DNA of 58,335 nucleotides. Source: an uncultured Bacteroidales bacterium (GTDB lineage Bacteria; Bacteroidota; Bacteroidia; Bacteroidales; WCHB1-69). Made by a program: the position numbers and the translations under genes. Shown in pieces: positions 8,587 to 17,170 of this stretch (positions are counted from its first letter, which is position 1; each line of letters opens with the position of its first letter). Under the pieces are notes generated by a model. It had not been told where the DNA came from, made no database searches, and saw nothing but the letters and a program-made list of their open reading frames with translations. The DNA lies in contig CALDIA010000087.1 in NCBI GenBank assembly GCA_937901455.1, forward strand, positions 1-58,335, in the 5' to 3' direction.

Positions 8587-11154
8587 TTAATCAGCAGGTT
8601 CAGCGGTTTTAATTGCTGCGGTATCTTGAGGCTCAACCTTCGGTAACTCCTTCTGGCTAATGACAAATTCCTCTGTCAAGGAGTCGTAGTCCAAGGTTAC
8701 CGTAGTGCCAGCGGGAAGAGCTTGCAATAGAATCTCCTCGGCGAGCAGGTCCTCCACGTTCTTCTGGATGGCGCGGCGCAAAGGACGGGCGCCGTAGTTG
8801 GCATCCCAGCCCGACTCCACCAAGTATTGTTTGGCCTCATCGGTAACGTGGGCGGTGATGCCGATCTCACGCACGCGCGACAATACCTTCTCCAACTCGA
8901 TGTTGACAATTTTCAGGATGTCGTCTTTGTTCAAGGAGTTGAAATAGATGACATCATCCACGCGGTTTAGGAACTCGGGTGAGAAGTTGGCCTTGAGGGC
9001 TTTCTCCAGGATGCCTTGCTCCACCTTGTGCTTGGCATTGTCGGTGGCTTCTGTATCGAAGCCCACGCCGGAGCCAAAGTCCTTCAGTTCGCGGGTGCCG
9101 ATGTTGGAGGTCATGATGAGAATGGTGTTCTTGAAGTCCACCTTACGGCCGATGCCATCGGTGAGTTGGCCTTCGTCGAGTACCTGCAACAGTACATTAT
9201 AGACATCGTGGTGGGCCTTTTCGATCTCATCCAAGAGGACGATGGAGTAGGGTTTGCGGCGCACCTTCTCGGTGAGCTGGCCGCCTTCCTCGTAGCCCAC
9301 GTATCCCGGAGGCGCTCCGATGAGGCGCGAGATGGTATGTTTCTCCATATATTCGCTCATGTCAATACGAATCAGGGCGTCTTGGGAGTCGAAGAGATAT
9401 TCAGAGAGGATTTTGGCCAGGTAGGTTTTGCCAACACCGGTAGGCCCGAGGAAGAAAAAGGAGCCGATGGGGCGATTGGGGTCCTTGAGGCCTGCACGGT
9501 TTCGGCGGATGGCCTTTGAAATTTTGAGGATGGCATCGTCTTGACCGATGACTTTTCCTTTGAGTTCTTCCGACATCTGCATGAGGCGTTCGCCCTCGTT
9601 CTTGACGATGCGTTGCACGGGCACGCCGGTCATCATGGCGATAACTTCGGCCACGGTATCCTCCGTGACCACCGGGCGCTCTTGGTCGGCCTCCTGCTCC
9701 CAGCGGTTGCGCACATCTTCCAGGGTGACCTCCAGCTCCTTGATTTCATCACGATAGGAGGAGGCCATATTGTATTGTTTCTCCTTGACAGCTTCCGTCT
9801 TGAGCTTTTCCAGTCTTTCAATCTCCTGCTCTAATTGGATGATGCCGTCGGGCACGTGTATGTTTTGCAGATGCAGGCGTGCACCGGCCTCGTCAAGGGC
9901 GTCGATGGCCTTGTCGGGCAGGCAGCGGTCGGAGATGTAGCGGTTGCTCAGCGTGACGCATGCCTTGAGAGCCTCGTCGCTATAGCGTACCACATGGTGG
10001 TCTTCGTAGCGGTCTTTGATGTTGTGTAAAATCTCCAGCGTCTCTTCGGTAGTGGTGGGCTCCAGGATGATTTTCTGGAAGCGGCGTTCGAGGGCACCGT
10101 CCTTCTCGATGTGCTCGCGGTACTCGTCGAGGGTGGTGGCCCCAATGCACTGTATCTCCCCGCGGGCAAGGGCGGGCTTGAAGAGGTTGGAGGCATCCAT
10201 GCCACCGGAGGGGTTGCCCGCGCCAACCATGGTATGCAGCTCGTCGATGAAGAGAATGATGTTGGGGTTCTTCTGTAGTTCGGAAAGGATGGACTTGACG
10301 CGCTCCTCAAACTGGCCGCGGTACTTGGTGCCTGCCACAAGGGAGGCCATGTCGAGGGTGACTACCCGCTTGTTGAGGAGGTTGCGCGACACGCGGCCCT
10401 GTACGATGTTGGTGGCGAGGCCTTCCGCCAAAGCCGACTTGCCGACTCCCGGCTCGCCGATGAGCACAGGGTTGTTCTTCTTGCGGCGGCTCAGAATCTG
10501 GGCTATGCGCTCCAACTCCTTCTGGCGACCCACCACAGGGTCCAACTTGCCTTTCAAGGCGTACTGTGTCAAGTCTTTGCCGAAACTGTCCAAAATGGGA
10601 GTGGCCGAACCCTTCTTGGGCTTGGCGGTCACACGCTCATTGTCATCATCGTCGTAACCATCGCCTCCTCCAAGGGCCATTTCCTGGTCTTCATCGGTGG
10701 GAATGTCCAAAGCCCGCTGCACCTCGCTGAGGAAGGTGTTGTAGGTCAGGCCCGCCCGCGTGAGCAAAGCCCGCGTGGCATTGCCGTCGCTGACACGGTC
10801 GTCCTTCAAAACGGCCAGCACGAAGAAATGCGCCTCCATCTTGTTACTACGAAACTTCTTCGATAGCAGGTAAGTGACGCGGATGGTGTTCTCAGCCTGC
10901 ACGCTCAAGTGCAGATTCTCTTCTGCCATCTCCTCGTTTTCCACATTGCCAATCATGCCTTCCAAAGCATTGCATAGCGACTCAGTGTTGACACGGTAGA
11001 GGTCGAAAAGGCGCTTGGTAAGACTCTGCTCCGGATAACGGAGAATGGCCAGCATCAAGTGCTCTACCCCGATATATGATGATTTGTGTTGGATGGCTGT
11101 GCGTTTCGCCTCCTCAAAGGCGAAAACCATCTCCTGCGAAAAGTTGTATTCCAT
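8587..11154 (-). CDS. clpC: ATP-dependent Clp protease ATP-binding subunit ClpC (class I AAA+)
   Basis: 855 aa with Clp_N repeats and two AAA+ modules (GEPGVGKSA, GPTGVGKTY). The middle domain is short and UVR-like rather than the long ClpB coiled coil. A ClpC-type segment reads TPILDSFGKDLT..GKLDPVVGR. Confidence 0.9.
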   Translation of the reverse strand: MEYNFSQEMVFAFEEAKRTAIQHKSSYIGVEHLMLAILRYPEQSLTKRLFDLYRVNTESLCNALEGMIGNVENEEMAEENLHLSVQAENTIRVTYLLSKKFRSNKMEAHFFVLAVLKDDRVSDGNATRALLTRAGLTYNTFLSEVQRALDIPTDEDQEMALGGGDGYDDDDNERVTAKPKKGSATPILDSFGKDLTQYALKGKLDPVVGRQKELERIAQILSRRKKNNPVLIGEPGVGKSALAEGLATNIVQGRVSRNLLNKRVVTLDMASLVAGTKYRGQFEERVKSILSELQKNPNIILFIDELHTMVGAGNPSGGMDASNLFKPALARGEIQCIGATTLDEYREHIEKDGALERRFQKIILEPTTTEETLEILHNIKDRYEDHHVVRYSDEALKACVTLSNRYISDRCLPDKAIDALDEAGARLHLQNIHVPDGIIQLEQEIERLEKLKTEAVKEKQYNMASSYRDEIKELEVTLEDVRNRWEQEADQERPVVTEDTVAEVIAMMTGVPVQRIVKNEGERLMQMSEELKGKVIGQDDAILKISKAIRRNRAGLKDPNRPIGSFFFLGPTGVGKTYLAKILSEYLFDSQDALIRIDMSEYMEKHTISRLIGAPPGYVGYEEGGQLTEKVRRKPYSIVLLDEIEKAHHDVYNVLLQVLDEGQLTDGIGRKVDFKNTILIMTSNIGTRELKDFGSGVGFDTEATDNAKHKVEQGILEKALKANFSPEFLNRVDDVIYFNSLNKDDILKIVNIELEKVLSRVREIGITAHVTDEAKQYLVESGWDANYGARPLRRAIQKNVEDLLAEEILLQALPAGTTVTLDYDSLTEEFVISQKELPKVEPQDTAAIKTAEPAD

Positions 11155-11181
11155 ATTGTAGTCTCTCTTTTTTTAAGGGTG

Positions 11182-11189
11182 CAAAAATA
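11182..11189 (-). promoter_or_regulatory. TAnnTTTG -7 box for the clpC-kdsC-djlA-like unit
   Basis: Plus-strand caaaaata (TATTTTTG on the minus strand) lies 28 nt upstream of the clpC ATG. Confidence 0.55.
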
Positions 11190-11333
11190 ATAAAAATGCG
11201 GTATATTCCTATGCATTTGCAATTATTGTGCCGAAAGGAGAAGTGAGGGAGGGAAAATTGAAAATTATGGGGGCACGGGAGAGATGAAAAGATTAAGAGA
11301 TTATAAGATTAAGGAGGCTTCCAACTTATAGCA

Positions 11334-11916
11334 GCTAATTTCCAACATCCGCATCTCAATCTCGACCCGTCGCGAGGCCCAGTTTTTTGTCAATGTTGGG
11401 AGCCGAGGGGGTGACCTGAGAAATTAAGAAACTAAGGAGGGAATGGCCGTTGCCAAGTCCCGCCGCGTCCCGGAAACAAACAAGCCAAGAACAGACAAAA
11501 AAACACAAAGAGGTGAAGTCCGTCACTAGGCTTTCCGTGTCCCGGAGTTGTATCAAGTTGACTGACGAGGCTTCGTCCAGGCAGTTGATTGGCCGTTGGC
11601 ATGCTTTCCGTGTCCCGGAGGGACACAATTTCAATAACCCCGCACCAGCGACCGCCAGGTCGCGCAGTGTGGGGATGGTGGCGGACCCTCGATACACACC
11701 GGCAATACGACCACGCAGCGTGGGGAGAGGAGGAGCCCGTGTGCCCTCCTCGCGGCGCGGGAAACTCCTGCCAAGAGCACTAAACTCGCCCGCCGCGAAA
11801 GGGAGGCACTCGCCATGTTTGCAGACCCATTCAATTTCAGGGCTGGAATAACGTTCAAGTTTTAGTTGAAAAGGTTCGTTTCTTATAAAATCTCTTCGCC
11901 ATATGTTGAGATTAGC
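11334..11916. other. GC-rich island that does not look coding, with imperfect inverted termini (candidate structured ncRNA or MITE; identity unknown)
   Basis: The termini are gctaatttccaacat (11334-11348) and atgttgagattagc (11903-11916), which match 13 of 15 as inverted repeats. G+C is 42-44 per 60-nt line at 11641-11760, against 19 per 60 at 11161-11220. ORFs are open in several frames on both strands and give Arg/Pro/Ser-rich junk. Perfect helices occur at 11610-11626, 11648-11663 and 11727-11751, with a long-range pair 11751-57/11791-97. The island lies between two divergent TAnnTTTG promoters. Confidence 0.35.
11530..11620 (+). repeat. 18-nt perfect direct repeat gctttccgtgtcccggag (11530-11547 and 11603-11620)
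   Basis: Both copies were read directly from the sequence and start 73 nt apart. The second copy forms the 5' arm of the hairpin gtgtccc-gga-gggacac. Confidence 0.8.
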
Positions 11917-11927
11917 CAAAACTTTAT

Positions 11928-11935
11928 TACTTTTG
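11928..11935 (+). promoter_or_regulatory. TAnnTTTG -7 box (TACTTTTG) for the Fe-S oxidoreductase/porV/ispF block
   Basis: The motif lies 19 nt upstream of the ATG at 11954. Confidence 0.55.
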
Positions 11936-11953
11936 CACCCTTAAATTTTCATT

Positions 11954-13264
11954 ATGTCAAAAGTAACACCCGAGAATGTTCAAAGTGCTGTCAACATTCT
12001 CACCAAGCATACGGACAGTAAGCTTTTAACCCATCTTAACGCATGTGTGCACTGCGGTTTGTGCAGCACGAGTTGCCTATTCTACAAAACCTATCCGGAG
12101 ACCAAGTACATACCGGGCAAGAAGGTGGATATGGTTTCTTCGATTTACCGTCGCTATTGTACGGTGATGGGTCGTACGTTGCCCAAGCTGAATAATGCCC
12201 GTGAGCTGACCGATGATTTGGTGGACGAGATGGTTGATGAGCTTTTCGGGGCCTGTACCATGTGCGGTCGATGTGTGAAGCACTGCTCCATTGGGGTGGA
12301 TATTCCCTTTGTGGTACGTACCGGCCGGCGCATGCTCGCGGCCATGGGCGCTGTGCCACAGTCGCTGCAAGCCACTGTGAACGCTGCACTGGAGACTAAA
12401 AACAACATGGCTATTCCCGAGGAGGACTTTGTGGACACTATTGATTGGCTGGCGAAAGACCTGGAGGATGAACTGGGTGTGGAAAACCCTATCCCGTTGA
12501 ACAAAGAGGGTGCCGAGCTCTTCTATACGCTGAACCCCCGTGAGCCCAAGTTCTTCCCGCTTTCCATCTCCGCTGCTGCTAAGATCTTCTTCGCTGCCGG
12601 TGCCGACTGGACGTTGTCCAAGGATATGTATGATGTGACCAACTATGGATATTTTTCCGGCAATGATGCCCATGCTCGCCAGATAGCACAGAACCTTTTC
12701 GAGGAGGTGCACCGATTCGGCTGCAAAACCTTGGTGCTGGGCGAGTGCGGACACGGCTCCCGCGCTGCCCGCTGGGAAGCCCCTAACTTTTTGCGGCAAC
12801 ACCCCGATTTCAAGATTATCACCCTTATTGAATTGCTGGAATCCTATATCAAGGAGGGCAAAATAAAACTCGACAAATCCCTGAATACCAAAAAATATAC
12901 CATCCACGATCCTTGCAATATCACTCGTAACGGCGGCTTGTTTCAGTCGCTGCGCTTTGTAGCTAATGCAGCCGTCCCCGAACTGATAGAGATGAACCCC
13001 ACAGGCATCGACAACTTTTGCTGTGGCGGTGGCGGTGGCATGTTGGCCATGAGCGAATACAACGAACGCCGCCTTGCAGTGGGCAAAATCAAGGCCGACC
13101 AAATCCGGGAATCCGGCGCCAATGTTGTGATTACCCCCTGCCATAACTGCGTGGACCAACTTAACCAACTTAATCATACCTACAAACTCGGCGTGGAGGT
13201 GAAGTCACTGGCCGAGGTGGTGGCCGATGCCCTCATTCTGCCCACAACGGAAAAAGCGGACTAA
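11954..13264 (+). CDS. (Fe-S)-binding oxidoreductase, HdrD/GlpC-like (2x[4Fe-4S] plus CCG cysteine-rich domains)
   Basis: 436 aa with ferredoxin-type clusters CVHCGLCSTSC and CTMCGRCVKHC. Cysteine-rich CCG-type motifs are DPCNITRNGG, NFCCGGGGG and TPCHNCVDQ. Confidence 0.8.
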   Translation: MSKVTPENVQSAVNILTKHTDSKLLTHLNACVHCGLCSTSCLFYKTYPETKYIPGKKVDMVSSIYRRYCTVMGRTLPKLNNARELTDDLVDEMVDELFGACTMCGRCVKHCSIGVDIPFVVRTGRRMLAAMGAVPQSLQATVNAALETKNNMAIPEEDFVDTIDWLAKDLEDELGVENPIPLNKEGAELFYTLNPREPKFFPLSISAAAKIFFAAGADWTLSKDMYDVTNYGYFSGNDAHARQIAQNLFEEVHRFGCKTLVLGECGHGSRAARWEAPNFLRQHPDFKIITLIELLESYIKEGKIKLDKSLNTKKYTIHDPCNITRNGGLFQSLRFVANAAVPELIEMNPTGIDNFCCGGGGGMLAMSEYNERRLAVGKIKADQIRESGANVVITPCHNCVDQLNQLNHTYKLGVEVKSLAEVVADALILPTTEKAD

Positions 13265-13355
13265 AAATAATTATTTAGTGGCTGTATAATATTTTTTCAA
13301 AATGTTCGTTATACAAGCCGTATATCATTTAAAAGAAAAAATCGAAATATACCAA

Positions 13356-14594
13356 ATGAAGAAAGTAACCCTCTTTACCCTTATTGTTCTGATGCTCACC
13401 TCGTCGGTATTTGCGCAGACTATTTCTGGAGACCCTCATGATTATTTAGGACGACTGAATGCTATAACCACGGCAGTGCCATTCTTGTTGATTGCCCCCG
13501 ATTCTCGAGGAGGAGCCATGGGTGATGTGGGCGCCGCCACCTCCGCGGATGTCAACTCCCAATCCTATAATCCCGCAAAATATGTCTTCAACGACAACAC
13601 TTTTGGTGTGTCGCTCTCCTATAGCCCCTGGCTCCACAAATTGGTGTCAGATATCAACCTGGCGTACCTTTCCACTTATTGGAAAATGACCGACATGGAT
13701 GCCATCGCGTTTTCTCTTCGTTATTTTTCATTAGGAGATGTGACCTTTACTGATGAACAAGGACATGAAATGGGCACCCAGAACCCCAATGAGTTCGCTA
13801 TTGATTTCACCTACTCGCGTAAGTTGATAGATGAACTCTCCATAGCCATCACCCCGCGCTTTATCTATTCCAACCTGACCGCTGGACAGTTTGTGGGCGG
13901 TGTGGAAACCAAAGCCGGTCTGGCAGGTGCCGCCGACATTTCCCTCTTCTATGAACAACCCTTCAAGGCACGTAACTTTGAGGGCCAGACTTTGCGCGCT
14001 GGCTTGGCTATCACCAATATGGGCAATAAAATGTCGTACTCTTCCGGTACCCTCCGAAGAGATTTTCTGCCTACTAACCTCAAAATCGGTTTGGGATATG
14101 AGATGGATTTTGACGGCTACAACAAATTGGCCATCACCGGTGAAATCAATAAATTGTTGGTGCCCTCCAAACCTGTATATGCCACCGACTCTTCCGGACG
14201 GATTATTTACGATGAAGCCAACAACCCCGTGATTGCGGCTGGCAGAAATCCTGACGTGTCTGTGCCTATGGGTATGATACAGTCTTTCTACGATGCCCCC
14301 GGCGGCTTTATTGAAGAAATGACGGAAATCAACTTCGGCATCGGTTTGGAATACAGCTACCGCGACTTCTTCTTTGTAAGAACCGGTTATTTCAACGAGA
14401 ACAAGAACAAGGGTAATCGCAAGTTCTTAACTATGGGTGTAGGTTTCAAATATAACATACTGAATATAGATGTGTCGTACCTCTTTGCTTTTCAGCAAAT
14501 ACACCCACTGGCCAACACCCTGCGATTTACGCTGTCATTAGATTTCGCCTCCTTCAACAAAGATGATATCAAGAACCAAGGGAAATTGAGATAG
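13356..14594 (+). CDS. porV: Type IX secretion system outer-membrane channel protein PorV (LptO)
   Basis: The conserved PorV N-terminal block is NAITTAVPFLLIAPDSRGGAMGDVGAATSAD, and the protein has beta-barrel-like alternating sequence. The start was moved to the MKKVTLFTLIVLML signal peptide; the ORF-track start is 13302. Confidence 0.8.
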   Translation: MKKVTLFTLIVLMLTSSVFAQTISGDPHDYLGRLNAITTAVPFLLIAPDSRGGAMGDVGAATSADVNSQSYNPAKYVFNDNTFGVSLSYSPWLHKLVSDINLAYLSTYWKMTDMDAIAFSLRYFSLGDVTFTDEQGHEMGTQNPNEFAIDFTYSRKLIDELSIAITPRFIYSNLTAGQFVGGVETKAGLAGAADISLFYEQPFKARNFEGQTLRAGLAITNMGNKMSYSSGTLRRDFLPTNLKIGLGYEMDFDGYNKLAITGEINKLLVPSKPVYATDSSGRIIYDEANNPVIAAGRNPDVSVPMGMIQSFYDAPGGFIEEMTEINFGIGLEYSYRDFFFVRTGYFNENKNKGNRKFLTMGVGFKYNILNIDVSYLFAFQQIHPLANTLRFTLSLDFASFNKDDIKNQGKLR

Positions 14595-14595
14595 T

Positions 14596-15075
14596 ATGCG
14601 TTTTCGTGTCGGACTTGGTTATGACTCACACCGATTTGCCCTCGACAGACCTCTCGTCATCGGGGGCATTCGTATTCCTTTTGACAAGGGCTTAGCCGCC
14701 CATTCTGATGGGGACGTCCTCATACATGCCATCTGTGATGCCCTGCTGGGAGCCGCTGCACTGAAGGACATAGGCACCCATTTTCCGGATAATAGTGCGC
14801 AATACCAGAATATTGATAGTAAATTATTGTTGGAAAAGGTGGTCGCACTCCTTGTCGCGCAAGGGTGGCGAGTTAATAATATTGACTGTACGCTCATCTT
14901 GGAAGAACCCAAGATGAAGCCATACGTGGACACTATGACACAAACCCTGGCGCCCATTCTGCAAGTGGAGCCTGCCGATTTGTCCATCAAGGCCAAAACC
15001 AACGAGCAGATGGGCTATACAGGCCATAGGGAGGGTGTGGCAGCACTGGCTGTCGCCTCCATCATTCAAGAATAA
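14596..15075 (+). CDS. ispF: 2-C-methyl-D-erythritol 2,4-cyclodiphosphate synthase
   Basis: 159 aa with the motifs GLGYDSHRF and AHSDGDVLIHAICDALLGA. Confidence 0.9.
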   Translation: MRFRVGLGYDSHRFALDRPLVIGGIRIPFDKGLAAHSDGDVLIHAICDALLGAAALKDIGTHFPDNSAQYQNIDSKLLLEKVVALLVAQGWRVNNIDCTLILEEPKMKPYVDTMTQTLAPILQVEPADLSIKAKTNEQMGYTGHREGVAALAVASIIQE

Positions 15076-15090
15076 CCAAAACTTTCCAAA

Positions 15091-17130
15091 ATGAACGAAC
15101 AGACACTGCAAAATCCACTCTGTAGAGATTGGAACACGCCATATCATACGCCACCCTTCCAACAGATCAAGGTGGAGCATTATGAACCCGCTTTTGAGGA
15201 GGCGCTCCGACAAGCCAAGGAGGACATTTACCGCATCCGGGCCTGCAAAGCCCCTGCCACTTTCCAAAACACCATTGTGGCACTGGAACGGGCTGGTCTG
15301 CTGCTGAACAGAGTTTCTAACATCTTCTTCAATATTCTGGAATGCGATGGCACGCCTGATATGCATAACATTGCCGACAAGGTGCAACCGGCGCTCACCG
15401 AGTTTTCTAATAGCATCAACCTTGACCCAGTGCTTTTCCAGCGAGTAAAAGCCGTATATGACAATGAGTTGTCATCATTAAACCCTGTGGACAGGAAACT
15501 GTTACAGGAGACTTACGACCAGTTTGTGCGCCATGGAGCCAACTTGAACAGTGCCGACAAAGAGCGTTTCAATGCGTTAAGTGTCAAGTTGCAGAATCTC
15601 ACGCTGGTCTTTGGCCATCATGTATTGGATGCCACTAACGCCTATACCATCCATCTTCCCGACGCGAGTCGCTTGGCAGGGCTTCCCGAGTCGGCACTTG
15701 CTTTGGCCGCTCACAAAGCCTCTGCCCAAGGGTTGGAGGGCTATCTTTTTGACCTGTCGGCCCCCTGTGTAAATGCCATTCTTAAGTATGCAGACGACCG
15801 TGGCCTGCGCGAGGAGATGTACCGAAACTCCTCCAGCAAGGCTTTTGGTGGTGAATTTGACAATTGCGACACCATCCGTGAGATTGTTGCCTGCCGTCAT
15901 GAGATAGCCTGTTTGCTGGGCTACCCTAACTATGCAACGTATGCGCTGCACGACCGGATGGCCAAGACGCCCGAAAGGGTGTACCAACTGTTGGACGAGT
16001 TGAAGAACTATGCCTTGCCAGCAGGAAAGCGCGAGATTGCCGTCTTGAACGACTTTGCCCATAAACTGGGATTTGAAGGTGTACTGCAGCGCTGGGATTA
16101 CGCCTATTATGCCGAGAAACAACAACAATCGCTTTACAAGCTGAGCACTGAAGACCTGAAACCCTACTTTGAGCTGAACAGTGTCATCAAAGGTGTGCTA
16201 GGCCTGGCTGAGCATCTGTATGGACTTCGTTTTGTTTTGAATGAAGAAATTGACAAGTACCATCCTGACGTAAAGGTGTTTGAGGTGTATGACGGCAATC
16301 GCTTTATGGCGGTGCTATACATGGATTTTCACCCTCGTGCCACCAAGCGAGGGGGTGCATGGATGACTGACTTTCGGGAGCAACACACCGATGCCGACGG
16401 GAACGATGTGCGCCCATTGGTCAGCATAGTGATGAACTTCACCCCGCCTACGGAGAAGACACCCTCCCTGTTGACCTTCGGAGAGGTGACCACCCTCATG
16501 CACGAATTTGGCCATGCGCTGAACAGTATCCTGTCGGAGGTGCCCTATGCCTCTCTGTCAGGTACCAACTCCCCACGGGATTTTGTGGAGTTGCCATCCC
16601 AGCTGAATGAGAACTGGGCAGTGGAGCCAGCCTTTCTCCAGACCTTTGCCCGGCATTATCAAACCGGCAAGCTGATTCCCGAGGAATATATAGAGCAATT
16701 GCGCAAAATGCGGCAATTCATGGCTGGCTATGCCTGCACGCGCCAACTCTCGTTTGGTTATTTGGATATGATGTGGCATACCACCCCGCCCGAACAATTG
16801 GCAGATGTGTACGCTATGGAGCGTTGCGTATTCGACACCGTTGAACTATTTCCCATAGTCCCAGGCACATGCATGAGCACCTCCTTTACGCACCTCTTTG
16901 CAGGAGGCTATGCGGCTGGCTACTATGGATACAAGTGGGCCGAGATGCTTGAAGCAGACGCTTTTACCGCTTTCCAACAGGAAGGGGTCATGAACAAAGA
17001 AACCGCCCGACGCCTTCGCCAAACCATTCTCTCAAAAGGTGGATCACAACCCGCCATGGATATGTTTGTCAATTTCTTCGGGCGCGAGCCGAATATTGAT
17101 GCACTACTGCAAAGAGAAGGGTTGAAATAG
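15091..17130 (+). CDS. dcp: M3 family peptidyl-dipeptidase (Dcp-like)
   Basis: 679 aa with the zinc motif HEFGHAL and the M3 C-terminal region (GGYAAGYYGYKWAEML). Confidence 0.85.
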   Translation: MNEQTLQNPLCRDWNTPYHTPPFQQIKVEHYEPAFEEALRQAKEDIYRIRACKAPATFQNTIVALERAGLLLNRVSNIFFNILECDGTPDMHNIADKVQPALTEFSNSINLDPVLFQRVKAVYDNELSSLNPVDRKLLQETYDQFVRHGANLNSADKERFNALSVKLQNLTLVFGHHVLDATNAYTIHLPDASRLAGLPESALALAAHKASAQGLEGYLFDLSAPCVNAILKYADDRGLREEMYRNSSSKAFGGEFDNCDTIREIVACRHEIACLLGYPNYATYALHDRMAKTPERVYQLLDELKNYALPAGKREIAVLNDFAHKLGFEGVLQRWDYAYYAEKQQQSLYKLSTEDLKPYFELNSVIKGVLGLAEHLYGLRFVLNEEIDKYHPDVKVFEVYDGNRFMAVLYMDFHPRATKRGGAWMTDFREQHTDADGNDVRPLVSIVMNFTPPTEKTPSLLTFGEVTTLMHEFGHALNSILSEVPYASLSGTNSPRDFVELPSQLNENWAVEPAFLQTFARHYQTGKLIPEEYIEQLRKMRQFMAGYACTRQLSFGYLDMMWHTTPPEQLADVYAMERCVFDTVELFPIVPGTCMSTSFTHLFAGGYAAGYYGYKWAEMLEADAFTAFQQEGVMNKETARRLRQTILSKGGSQPAMDMFVNFFGREPNIDALLQREGLK

Positions 17131-17142
17131 CCCCTTTTTTTG

Positions 17143-17150
17143 TATTTTTG
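17143..17150 (+). promoter_or_regulatory. TAnnTTTG -7 box (TATTTTTG) for gldF-gldG
   Basis: The motif lies 21 nt upstream of the ATG at 17171, just after the dcp stop. Confidence 0.5.
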
Positions 17151-17170
17151 CACGCTTAAAAATTTGATGT

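Noticed and set aside
11561-11580. A hammerhead-like CUGACGAG string.
   Set aside because: The following sequence lacks the required GAAA core element and stem III. The segment is better explained as a simple hairpin, ctgacga-ggct-tcgtccag.
11334-11916. The island as RNase P RNA, tmRNA, SRP/4.5S RNA, 6S RNA or a cobalamin riboswitch.
   Set aside because: The diagnostic strings are absent on either strand. There is no GAGGAAAGTCCGG / ACAGAA.CCGGCTTA pair for RNase P. There is no GGGGCTGA...TCCACCA frame or tag ORF for tmRNA. There is no GGAAGCAGCC-type SRP motif and no B12 box. The only resemblance is agaggtgaagtccg at about 11509.
11356-11919. A 187-aa minus-strand ORF spanning the GC-rich island, plus overlapping 133-, 75-, 64- and 64-aa ORFs.
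   Set aside because: It begins at a TTG start. The composition is Arg/Pro/Ser/Gly-rich with no domain-like pattern. Several frames on both strands are open at once, which is the signature of GC-rich non-coding DNA. The ORF limits simply coincide with the edges of the island.
12077-13177. Long antisense ORFs inside well-supported genes. Examples are 12077-13177, 22777-23871, 26860-27942, 28288-29094, 18136-18840, 20871-21683 and 24655-25410, together with many 60-180-aa ORFs within uvrA and clpC.
   Set aside because: They lie entirely inside genes with clear conserved motifs on the other strand or in another frame. They have no recognisable motifs of their own and are shadow ORFs typical of moderately GC-rich coding DNA.
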